Shown piece after piece: positions 10,160 through 19,880 of a DNA stretch of 64,000 bases. Position numbers and translations under genes: made by a program. Every line of letters starts with the position of its first letter. Within the stretch, counting starts at the first letter, position 1. The notes beneath the pieces were generated by a model that worked only from the letters and a program-made list of their open reading frames with translations, had not been told where the DNA came from and did not search any database. Source of the DNA: an uncultured delta proteobacterium (GTDB lineage Bacteria; Desulfobacterota; BSN033; UBA1163); NCBI GenBank assembly GCA_963708295.1, contig CAVPSJ010000015.1, forward strand, positions 271,529 through 335,528. Reading direction: 5' to 3'.

Positions 10160-11365
10160 TTAACTTACGGGCTTAATCCCTTTGATCTTCCAGTGGCCGT
10201 CTTCTCTCTTCAGGGTAACGTCCAGAACGGTTCTTCCGTTATGGGGTTTCCCGCCCACTTTCTCGGAGGTCGTGATCACCCACTCCAATCTGACGTCGGC
10301 CGTATCCCCTGATATCGTCTGTTTCTTCAAAGCATAAGAAAGGTCATGGTAGTTAAAAGTTTCCCACATTTTGAGAGTATCCTTCCGTTTTCCTTCTGCC
10401 CCTTTAAAATCGCGAGAGTAGCAGGACATGAAGAGATCGATGTTCTTCTGAAGGTTTGCGCGTCTGATATTTTCAAAGACAGACTCTATTTTCTCGACTT
10501 CTATGTTCTCCGTTCCGGCCTGTGGATCGGGCGGAGAAGACAGTGGGGAAGGAGAAGACGTGACTTCTATTGAAACGGGTTTGGCGGAAGGGGGATACTG
10601 CGTCCAGAACAAATACCCACCTGCAATGATCAAAAAAAGGATGACCCCTCCTGTCGTCAAGGTGAGCGGCCGGAGAAGGCCCCCTGCGAACTCGGAGGAA
10701 TCGACATTTCCCCCGGCCGGACCCGGCAAGAGAGAAAGGAGGTGACGAAATTTTCTTAAGTTTCCCTGGATGGATTTCATTTCCTTTTTTAGTTCTTTCC
10801 TCTCTCTCAGGAAGTCGGACTTTGTCACGGCGCTTTCCTTATAAAGCGATTGAAATTCCTCGAGCCGTTTCTGAACGGGTTTCAACTGATCCTCCAGCAG
10901 ATCGATTTCTCCCGTTGCCCTTTTTCGAATCGATTCAAGCTCTTTTTCGATTTCCTGATGCAGGGGTGACAAAGACTCCAGCCGATTCCTATAGCGAGCG
11001 ATTAACGGATGGATTACATCCGTGGAGATGTTGTTTCCCTGTGTCTCCAGCTTGCTCATGCAGGATTCTAACTCTCTTTCTTCTTCCAACAGGTTCAGCC
11101 ACTCCTTCACCCATCTCTTGACCGATTTTTTTTCTAAAGGAGGGACATCCGCTTTTTCGGATGGAGCTCGCATCAACAGGGAGCCGCATTTCCTGCAATA
11201 CTTTCCGCTTTTGTGGGAGGCTTGACATCTTGGGCAAGTGAGACTGACCGCTGCTTTCTCTTTTGCGGCCGCAGGGTCATCTACGGCTAGAAGGAACTTC
11301 CCGCATTTCTTACAAAATTCCTCCGAGGGACCATGTTCGATGTTACATTGAGGGCAAATAACCAT
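10160..11365 (-). CDS. Double zinc-ribbon / coiled-coil / TM / NTF2(SnoaL)-like domain protein
   Basis: Four CxxC motifs, long heptad region, TM GVILFLIIAGGYLFW, Pro/Ser linker, C-terminal FMSCYSRDF...LKREDGHWKI. SD AGGAGA before ATG 11365. Confidence 0.7.
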   Translation of the reverse strand: MVICPQCNIEHGPSEEFCKKCGKFLLAVDDPAAAKEKAAVSLTCPRCQASHKSGKYCRKCGSLLMRAPSEKADVPPLEKKSVKRWVKEWLNLLEEERELESCMSKLETQGNNISTDVIHPLIARYRNRLESLSPLHQEIEKELESIRKRATGEIDLLEDQLKPVQKRLEEFQSLYKESAVTKSDFLRERKELKKEMKSIQGNLRKFRHLLSLLPGPAGGNVDSSEFAGGLLRPLTLTTGGVILFLIIAGGYLFWTQYPPSAKPVSIEVTSSPSPLSSPPDPQAGTENIEVEKIESVFENIRRANLQKNIDLFMSCYSRDFKGAEGKRKDTLKMWETFNYHDLSYALKKQTISGDTADVRLEWVITTSEKVGGKPHNGRTVLDVTLKREDGHWKIKGIKPVS

Positions 11366-11833
11366 TTTCAGTCTCCTGAAATCTTGGACCCATTCGACGG
11401 CTCCGAAGGGCTCACCATCCCGAGTGAAGTAAAGAGATAGGCCGGGGGCGTCGAATGGGTTGATTTCCTGAACCATTAAGGGGAGTTATAATGCATTTTA
11501 TGTGCCACAAAGAAAACAAATTTTTTTCCTCAGATTTCAATATCTTTTGGCACCACTGAAAAAAGGAATGGATCAAAATCGAAGGGTATGGACAAAAATT
11601 GTCCATCTGACCGCTCTCCCTGCCGGGCCTGTTTCCAAGCCCATGACAAACGCTCCCTCACCCCTATCCCTCTTCCAAGAACGGTGTCGTAACCGTGATG
11701 GGTGGAAGATTCCGGCGGAACGGAAACGGGCTCCTCGTCTTTATGACACCGCCTTCCAAAGGAAGAGCAAAGGAAGAGGGAGGCTGAGGGGTCTCTGGAC
11801 TTCGTGCAAAATTTGAGCTAAAACTGCAGGGTT

Positions 11834-12998
11834 ATGAAAAAAAGATTTACCGTTCGATCGATCGAAAGAATCTTTAAGCAGCCATTTTCTATTGCCACTC
11901 ATGCCCATTTATTATGGAAGGGGAGAGATTCTTTTCAGATCATATTCGATGCGGTCGGGCGTGCAGAGAAATTGATCTGTCTTCAATTTTATATATTCAA
12001 GAATGATGAAACCGGAATCGCCTTATCCAGATTTGCTGAAAAAGAAAAGCCGGGAGGGCGTGAAGGTTTATGTTTTGCATGACCATTTTGGATCCTTCGG
12101 AACGCCGCGAAGCTTTTGGAAGGAAATGAGGGCGGCGGGTATTCAGATCAGGGCCTCCCATCCCTTTCGGTGGACTGCCCCTTTTCGTTATGTTCATCGG
12201 GATCACAGAAAGCTCATCGTCATCGATTCGAAGAAGGCCTTTACCGGCGGGCTCAATATTGCAAATGAATATAGCGGGTTTCACATCCGGAAGCGAAGCA
12301 GGGGGTGGCGCGACACGGGGATACTCGTGGGAGGTCCCATCGTGAGCGAACTTTTGGATACGTTCAAAAAAAGCTGGACCACCTGGGGAGGAGAAGAGAT
12401 TCTTTTTGAGGGCGAACGAGAGGAGATGCGGGGCAACCTCCCGGAGGAAGGGATTCCTGCGCTTCCCATTTTCGTCTATTCCGGGAAGGGCAGAAGAAGA
12501 ATGAGGAACCTTTTCCGCTACAGCATCGACCATGCACAGACCAGTATTCTCTTGACCACAGCTTATTTCATTCCGAGCCGCAGGCTGATTGAACGACTTG
12601 AGCGATCGGTGAGGCGCGGGGTTAAGGTGAGACTCCTCGTGCCGGGCAAGAGCGATGTTCCCGCCGCCTCCTATGCGGGAAGAGCCTTTTTTTCGAGACT
12701 CTTAAAGGCCGGGGTCGAAATCTATACCTACCTGGGAGAGATGCTTCACGCGAAAACCTATCTGTTTGACCAGGGCTGGAGCATCATCGGGTCTACGAAC
12801 CTCGATTACCAGTCTCTTCGGTATAACGACGAGGGAAACGTTGGAATTCTGGATCGACCGTTTGGTTCGCAGATGGCAGAGGTCTTTGAGGAGGATCTAA
12901 AAAAATCTGCCAAAATCAATGAAGAGGCCTGGCGCCGGAGGCCGTTTTTGGAAAAGGTCAAGGAACACTTCTTTGCCCTTTTTAGAAAAAGGCTTTAG
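11834..12998 (+). CDS. cls: Cardiolipin synthase / phospholipase D family (frameshift near 12030)
   Basis: Two HKD motifs (HRKLIVID, HAKTYLFD), FYIFKNDETG, GGLNIANEY, WRDT. Confidence 0.88.
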
Positions 12999-14624
12999 CT
13001 TTGTTTTCACTTTACCGCCACGCGTCTGACGCAGCTTGAACCTCTGAATCTTTCCCGTCGTGCTCTTCGGCAGCTCCGGGAGGAACTCGATCCACCGGGG
13101 ATACTTGTACTTTGCCATTCGCTCGAGAACCCAGTTTTTTAGTTCCTGGGCCATTTCTTCAGAAGGTGCATAGCCGTCGCGCAGGACCACAAAGGCCTTC
13201 GGTTTGACGAGGTCCTTTTCATCTTTGTGTCCTACGACCGCGACTTCCCGGACGGCGGGATGGAGGTCCAGACAGTTTTCTACCTCCAGGGGTGAGACCC
13301 AGATTCCACCCACCTTCAACATGTCGTCGCTCCGGCCTGTACACCAATAATAACCGTCTTGATCGACGTAATACTTGTCACCCGCGTTAATCCATTCCCC
13401 CTGCATGGTGAGCCGTGTTTTTTCCCTCCTGCGCCAGTACTGCTGGGCTGCACTGTCCCCTTTGACGTGCAGGGTACCAATCTCCCCCTCTGGCACTTCC
13501 ATTCCCTCGTCGTCTACGAGCTTCAGTTGATATCCCGGGACAGGCTTGCCGGTTGAGCCCGGCCGGATATCATCCATTCTGTTCGACAAGAAGATATGGA
13601 GCATTTCCGTCGAGCCGATACCGTCGATGATGTCTACCCCGAAACGCTGCTTCCATCGGTAGTAGATGTCGGTGGGCAGCGCCTCTCCGGCGGAAACGCA
13701 GATTCGTACGGAGGAAAACTCGTGGTTCGTGTTCGGGTCCGGCTTCGTGCCCGTCTGTCTGTCCTGCTTCGCCTTGACTTCGAGCATCTGCCCGTAGAGG
13801 GTCGGTATGCCGAAGAAAACCGTCGGACGAAATCGTTCCAGATGTCGGAAAACATTCTCAGGGGTCGGCGCGTCGGGATTGAGCACGGCCGATGCGCCTA
13901 CCGACATGGGCAGATACATGCCGTTGCCGAGACCGTAAGCAAAGAAGAGCCTTGCCGCCGAAAAACAGATGTCGTCCTCCGTGAGACGAAGAATGCCTCG
14001 TCCAAAGGCCTCGGAGGTCACCACCATGTCATACTGGGAGTGAATCGCCCCCTTCGGGGAACCGGTAGACCCTGAGCTGTAAAGCCAGAAGCAGGCGTCA
14101 TCCTTGGTCGTAAACTCCGTCTTGATCGTCGCCGGAGCATGCCGGTACTTCTGCCGGAATGGGATCCGCGCCCCCTCTTTTTCCGAGATGACGATCAGGT
14201 CCCTGAGGTAGAGCAGATCTCCCTTGATTTGTGAGACCACCGGCATGAGCTGTTCCGAGACAACGAGCACCCGTGCTCGGCTGTCGTTGAGGTAGTACTC
14301 ATAATCCTCCGGGGTCAGCATCGTATTCAACGGAATCGGCACGGCGCCGATTTTTACGGCCCCCCAGAAGATCGCGTAAAACTGGGGGACGTCGAGCATC
14401 AGCATAATGACCCGGTCGTCCACCTGTACGCCGAGTTCGCGCAGGCCGTTGGCTGTTTTGTTCACCATCTTCTGTATGTCGTTGTAGGTGTAATTGCGGT
14501 ATTCCGAATAGACCGCTACTTTGTGGCCTCTTCCCTGCCGGATATTTCTGTCTACAAAGTAGTCTCGCCGCATTAAAAAACTCTTGGGATTCTCCGTGAA
14601 TCATTCGTTACCTGCCTCTCTCAT
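12897..14624 (-). CDS. Benzoate-CoA ligase family protein (indels near 5' end; 3' end may be artefactually extended)
   Basis: FNAA-DYFVDRN, FWLYSSGSTGSPKG, FFAYGLGN, DGIGSTEMLHIFLSN, DDMLKVGGIWVSP, YKYPRWIEF, TGKIQRFKLR. Confidence 0.88.
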
Positions 14625-14995
14625 GCCGTCCTCCTCATGATCCCTTCTCCTCCGTTTTTGTCTAAAACATCTAACCACTCATTTTGACGTATTTAATATA
14701 GTATAGCTGTAGCAGCGTTCTAATTTCAAGAAGAGGGTTCAATGGAGGAATCAACGGAGGAGTAGTTCATGGGTAAGATGGCGGCCTGAACAGCCGGGAG
14801 GATGGGCGCGCGGCGCAGGGGTTTGGAGTGGTGGCCGTTCCTTCGGGACCCCCTTTGCCGCATCCGGTCTTTTTGTTTGACATGCGACTGACTTCTTTTT
14901 ATATTCAACTCATTTGCAGGCTGATGGACATGGAATAAGAAAGGATTGGAATGGCGTCAAAACAAACTGTCCTATTTCGTGAGAGGAGAGAGAAA

Positions 14996-16108
14996 ATGAA
15001 AAAGAGTCCGCCTCAGGGGATGGATCGCCGGACATTTCTCAAGGCCAGCGGTGCGATCGGCTTAGGAACGGTGGCAACTTTTGGCCCCGGCGGGGACATT
15101 TCAGCACCGCCGGGCTCGCCGGTGGCCGGCAAGAGCACCGGGGAAATGATCGATATGTTCCCCCACATTCTGCCCGCGAAATATAATAAGGCTTTACTAA
15201 AGAAGGCCAAGCCCTGTTATTACCTCGAAGCAAACCGGGTCCGGCCGGCACTGGCCAATCTTGAGGAGAGATTTAAGTTTATGGACAAGGTCGAGGGGCT
15301 TCGTGAAGTATTAACCCTTGGCTCGCCACCCCCGGAATATGCGCTTTCTCCGAGGGATGCCGTCGACCTGGTTCGAATGGCGAACGATGAGATGGCGGAG
15401 TTAGTCGACAAGTACCCGGACCGTTTTCCTGCTGCCGTGGCTTCGCTTCCTATGAATGACCTGGATGCCTCGCTCCGTGAAATAGACCGGGCTGTTCATG
15501 ATCTCAAATTCAAGGGGGTCCAAATCTTCACCTCTATCAACGGAAAAGCGCTGGATCGTCCCGAGTTCTTTGCGATTTATGAGAAGATGGCCCAGTATGA
15601 TCTTCCGATCTGGCTCCACCCCTGCAGAGATCAGGACGTTCCGGACTATCCTGGCGAAAAGGCGGCAAAGTACGGCCTGTTTCTTTTTTTTGGGTGGCCT
15701 TACGAGACCACCCTGGCATTAGGGCGTCTCGTTTTCAGCGGTGTGATGGAAAAATATTCCAATCTGAGATGGATCGCCCATCACTGCGGCGCAATGATTC
15801 CATTCCTGACCGCGCGGATCGCTCCTCAGCCACTGCAGGATGGAGAAATCATGAAACTCGCCAAGCCCCCGATCGAGTACTTTAAGAGGATTTATGCCGA
15901 TACTGTTTTGGGCGGGAATACGGCGTCCATGATGTGCGGCTACGCCTTCTTCGGCGCCGATCATATGCTTTTCGGGACAGACTACCCCTATCCGGGGGAC
16001 GCCGCGCACGAAGCCATCATTGAAGCCATTGGGCGAATGAATATCACGGGGCAAGAGAAAGCCAACATTTTTTCTAAAAACGCAAAGCAGTTATTGAAAC
16101 TGGCCTGA
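14996..16108 (+). CDS. Amidohydrolase-2 family protein with Tat signal peptide
   Basis: MDRRTFLK twin-arginine motif, IDMFPH, PIWLHP, GWPYETT, HHCGAMIPF, LFGTDYPY. Confidence 0.88.
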   Translation: MKKSPPQGMDRRTFLKASGAIGLGTVATFGPGGDISAPPGSPVAGKSTGEMIDMFPHILPAKYNKALLKKAKPCYYLEANRVRPALANLEERFKFMDKVEGLREVLTLGSPPPEYALSPRDAVDLVRMANDEMAELVDKYPDRFPAAVASLPMNDLDASLREIDRAVHDLKFKGVQIFTSINGKALDRPEFFAIYEKMAQYDLPIWLHPCRDQDVPDYPGEKAAKYGLFLFFGWPYETTLALGRLVFSGVMEKYSNLRWIAHHCGAMIPFLTARIAPQPLQDGEIMKLAKPPIEYFKRIYADTVLGGNTASMMCGYAFFGADHMLFGTDYPYPGDAAHEAIIEAIGRMNITGQEKANIFSKNAKQLLKLA

Positions 16109-16213
16109 TTAAGAAATTGAACGTGTATCGGACGAGTTGAATGCTCCACCCACTTCTCTTCCGTCCAAGGTAGGTATGTGAATCAACGATTCCCGCGAGA
16201 AATGTGTATAAGT

Positions 16214-16257
16214 AAAAGAAGCAGGCGAGAGTGGGCTACGGTCAACAACCCACTCCC
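16214..16257 (-). terminator. Intrinsic terminator-like hairpin
   Basis: GGGAGTGGGTTG-loop-TAGCCCACTCTC followed by GCCTGCTTCTTTT on the minus strand, between convergent genes. Confidence 0.5.
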
Positions 16258-16259
16258 TT

Positions 16260-16420
16260 TAGTCCAATTCTCATCAGAGAGTTGGTCTTTGGAGGCCCAC
16301 TTCGGAAGCCTACTTCGGCAATTCAAATGTTCTGGTGTCTCCGTCTATCTTTGCCTTGCGTCTGGCGACATGGGTTTGACGGCTATCGATAGCCGCACGC
16401 CCACCCGCGCCTTAATTGGG
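16260..16420 (-). ncRNA. Structured non-coding RNA candidate, possibly IS110/IS1111 bridge/seek-RNA-like
   Basis: Nested stems GGCG/CGCC and GGGT/ACCC, perfect palindrome CGGCTATCGATAGCCG (16380-16395), further hairpins, no credible ORF. The IS110 resemblance is from recall only. Confidence 0.4.
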
Positions 16421-16438
16421 TTCACAAGGAAAGTTTCC

Positions 16439-16909
16439 TTATTCGTCGATCATCATGCGGTCGTGAGCACCCTTGGGTTGTGGCGGGGTAAAAATATTAA
16501 AGATCAATAATTCTTTGCCAGGAAGCGCACGGGTCGCATGGGCCACACCTCGGGGACAGACATGCAGGTCGCCGGCTTTAATTGGGACCCATTTGCCGTT
16601 GACATACATTTCTCCTTCCCCCTTATACACAAACACAATTTCATCCACCGTGACGTGAATATGCCTCCCGATACCTTTGGGATCTTTATTGGACCCGATA
16701 AATACCGCGGAGCGGGGGGATGAAAAAACATTGTCCGAACGCCCCACTTCGCCTTCTTTTATAGGGTTCTTCGCAAACCACTCGTCAAGATGAATCAGGA
16801 CACCTTCCCCTGGGCTTGCGTCGATGAGGTATTTTGCCGTAGGAGCCGCTAATACTTGTCCAATTACAAAAGCCGCCAATATGGACCCAATAATTAAAAT
16901 AGTACGCAT
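16439..16909 (-). CDS. Exported cupin-domain protein
   Basis: Signal peptide, cupin motifs GRHIHVTVDEIVFVYKGEG and GDLHVCPRGVAH. Confidence 0.88.
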   Translation of the reverse strand: MRTILIIGSILAAFVIGQVLAAPTAKYLIDASPGEGVLIHLDEWFAKNPIKEGEVGRSDNVFSSPRSAVFIGSNKDPKGIGRHIHVTVDEIVFVYKGEGEMYVNGKWVPIKAGDLHVCPRGVAHATRALPGKELLIFNIFTPPQPKGAHDRMMIDE

Positions 16910-16991
16910 TTGACAATCCTCCTTTTTGGTTTTTTTGTAAAACGGGTCTAATCTATTTGTGACCGAGAATATTTTGAAATTAAAACGTGAC

Positions 16992-17384
16992 TCAATCCTT
17001 TTTCGCTTGGAGTTTTGCTAAGCCTTGGTCGATAAGATAGGCAAAAGTACCTCTCCCAACCAAATTGCGTGCGGTCCCCTCTCCATCTGTTTGTTTTGCA
17101 TGATCGAGTAACGAGTCCCAATCTTTGACGCTTTTACCCGGTTCCCCCAAACCGACCAATGCTGCGAGTTCAGCACGTTCATCTTTAGGTAAATCACTGA
17201 CCATTGTTTCTAATTGAATTCGTATCGGATCGCTGAAATATTCTTTCATCCTTTCACTGTTCCGTTCATCTTTTGCAAGGTCCGAAGATTGGGGTTTATC
17301 AGTATAAACATCATGTAAATCTCTGGCTAAGTTCCTGATCCTTAGGATGACTTCTCTTTTTAGTTTCATGACTGGTCTCATCAC
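16992..17384 (-). CDS. DUF3775-like protein
   Basis: LPKDERAELAALVGLG...WDSLLDHA...TARNLVG...LIDQGLAKL pattern. Confidence 0.6.
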   Translation of the reverse strand: MMRPVMKLKREVILRIRNLARDLHDVYTDKPQSSDLAKDERNSERMKEYFSDPIRIQLETMVSDLPKDERAELAALVGLGEPGKSVKDWDSLLDHAKQTDGEGTARNLVGRGTFAYLIDQGLAKLQAKKD

Positions 17385-17974
17385 CGTGAAGAGTTTGGCT
17401 TTGTCGGATGAATCGTATTTTCGTCTTAGGAATACAACTCACAAATATCAGGAATACTTTTTTTGTCAATAGCAAAAATAAGATTGTGAAAATTATCTTT
17501 TTCAGCAGCAGAAATCGTAACCACCGGCGCCGCTCTTTTTGTTAGGCCCAACTGCCCTCGATTGTACTGGCAAGATTTGCCGACATAACGTCAGCTAAGG
17601 ATGTTGGCTGAAGATAACCTACTACCCCACACTCGAAGACGCCTCTTGAAGTTAAAGATGTCGGATTGAAACACACAGGAGCAAGCGATCAGCCCCTCTT
17701 GTGGAGGGGCCAACTCCTTCGCCCCTAAAGATCCACTCTCCAATCATCTCATGAATCCATCGGGTATCCCGGGTTCGGATGGAAGGAAGGGGCAGAGAAT
17801 GGAATCTGGGAATCTGAATAATCGATGGGAATCGTTATAGAGGTGTCTTCTTGAGTGCTAAGAATTCTGCTGCTCTCGCGCTTCATTCTTGGATTCCTTG
17901 GATCCAGGGCAGCCAACGCAGATTAGGGATCGGGTATCGCGCCCGATCCCTGCTTCCGCGCCGAAAACTTGCTG

Positions 17975-19039
17975 TTAGAAGTAGTGTCCTTCGCGCACTG
18001 TTTTGATTCGATACAGCCGCATCGGGAATGCGGTTACGACGTACAGCGAACCGGTGTCGGCGTCCCGGCCGAAACCGAGATTCGTCGTCAATCCTTCACT
18101 CGGTACCGGAAGGCGCTCCACGATTTGTCCTTCCGGGTTCAGCACCACAATGCCCCTGCCCGGAGCCTTGGCATTGCCGTTATGCATCGCCAGATACAGG
18201 TTGCCCTGACGATCCATGGTCATCCCGTCGACCATCAGTTCGTCATTGCGGAAGAACAGCCGGCCGTGAGAAATGTTGCCGCCTGAGTCGAGGTCGTAGA
18301 CCACAACGCCGCCCAGCGTGATGCCGAATTTATCGACGGCAGGGCCGTTCGGGTTGGTTGGCAAGGGCTTGGCATTAGCGGCCGAGACGTACAGCCGCTT
18401 ACCATCAGGCGAGACTTCGATGCCGTTTGGCCTGAAGATGTCGGTCGAGAGCTGCGTGACCTTCCCGTCGGGATCGGCCCGGTACACCGCGTTCGGCAGT
18501 TCCATCGGCTCCTGGCCACCGTAACGTGCGTCGGTGAAATAGACCCGTCCCTTTGCGTCGCTGGTGAGGTCGTTCGGACCGTTGAAGTGCTTCCCCTGGT
18601 AGCGGTCGGCGACCACGGACATGGCTCCGGTGGCGAGCTTGCGTCGCATTATCGCGCGCCCGCCTCCCTTTCCCTCGCCGCCCGAGTCCTGGGCAATCAG
18701 CAGATCGCCATTGCGGTCAAAGTGCAGCCCGTTTGACATCCCGCTCGGCTCCAGGTACTTGGTCGTCTGGCCGGTGGCGGGGTCGAAGCGAAAGATGGTA
18801 CCACCGGGATTATCCGGTCCCGGAGGAAGTGCACGCGTCATGCTGCTAAAATAGACGATGCCGTTGGCGGCGGCCACCACGCCTTCGCCGAAAACCATGC
18901 CTTCCCGTGATACCTCTTTCCACGTGGCGCCCGGTGCAACAAATCCGGTCGGCGTCTGCCGCATTCCCGCGCAGGCAGTAAGCAACGCGCAGACAAGCCC
19001 CACTATTCCGATCCTAATGAAACGTTGTGATTTGGCCAT
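17975..19039 (-). CDS. SMP-30/gluconolactonase family lipoprotein
   Basis: Lipobox LTAC, FGEG, SNGL, FNGPNDL, YFTD, PNGIEVSPDG, DGMTMD. Promoter TTGACA-17-TACATT upstream. Confidence 0.9.
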   Translation of the reverse strand: MAKSQRFIRIGIVGLVCALLTACAGMRQTPTGFVAPGATWKEVSREGMVFGEGVVAAANGIVYFSSMTRALPPGPDNPGGTIFRFDPATGQTTKYLEPSGMSNGLHFDRNGDLLIAQDSGGEGKGGGRAIMRRKLATGAMSVVADRYQGKHFNGPNDLTSDAKGRVYFTDARYGGQEPMELPNAVYRADPDGKVTQLSTDIFRPNGIEVSPDGKRLYVSAANAKPLPTNPNGPAVDKFGITLGGVVVYDLDSGGNISHGRLFFRNDELMVDGMTMDRQGNLYLAMHNGNAKAPGRGIVVLNPEGQIVERLPVPSEGLTTNLGFGRDADTGSLYVVTAFPMRLYRIKTVREGHYF

Positions 19040-19712
19040 GATCTCCTCCTGTGTAAGTGAAGTGAGTGAAAAGAAAGTGATTTGGATGGGTTGAATGTAC
19101 GAAAAAGGGAGTAGTCTGTCAAGAAATAAGAACACTGATGATTACCCAATACATATCGTGCATGCTTAGACAAAATACCGGGTTGTTGATTTCGGGAAGA
19201 GCTTTTCTTTTTTCCAAAACCCTGTTGGTCCGGATATCGATTTAACGCTTCCACCAAGTCCTTAGGGACAAACATAATCAGGAATCGAAGATTACGATGA
19301 AAGCATCTGGTGTATTTTACTTACTTATGGCTTCTTAGTGTCTTTCTCTGTCTTGATTACTGTTTGTTCATAAGGTTCAGACATGAGCCGCTCCCAATCA
19401 TCAAGGGGTCTGTCACCTTTGCCACTCTCAGGATGCCATTCCTTAATCCGTCTTGGCTTAGATTTACTGTTTGTCTTAATTGCCATTTGTCTTTGCCTCC
19501 TTCTGAGGCTTAACATACTTCGTCAGTTTGTACCAGACCCTATTAGACCCTGCCCCTTTATCTGAGACCTCAAACTCAGCGTGTATCTTTTCAATGGTCA
19601 TTCCACTTCCTTTAAGCCAGCGAATGTGACGCATAAATTTGCATCAGGCCACTTCCCCCATATAAGATGCATTGCTTGGTCTTCTGTGGATTTTCTTCCG
19701 GTTATTACGACT

Positions 19713-19874
19713 TGACCTTCCCCCGATTTGATGGACACAGCTAATAATTTGCATAATAGGGTAGGAGGTGCCTATGGGGGGGGGAAGAATCGTCACTTCA
19801 GCCGGGAGTTCAAGCGAGATGCAGTGCAGTTAGTCACAGAGAAAGGGATGCCGGTAGGCAAGGTAGTGGAATGA
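19713..19874 (+). mobile_element. IS3-family left-end remnant with truncated OrfA
   Basis: IRL-like TGACCTTCCCCCGATTTGATGGACAC, SD AGGAGG, then KNRHFSREFKRDAVQLVTEKGMPVGKV-stop. Confidence 0.75.
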
Positions 19875-19880
19875 TTCTCT

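Noticed and set aside
12897-13012. Genuine 100-bp convergent overlap of cls and the CoA ligase
   Set aside because: The ligase family normally ends shortly after KIQRFKLR. The extension is more likely a missed stop from an indel.
17535-17600. Integron attC site (GTTAGGC, GCCCAAC, ACATAAC near DUF3775)
   Set aside because: The core motifs overlap or are in the wrong order, no R/L box hairpin could be built, and there is no integrase.
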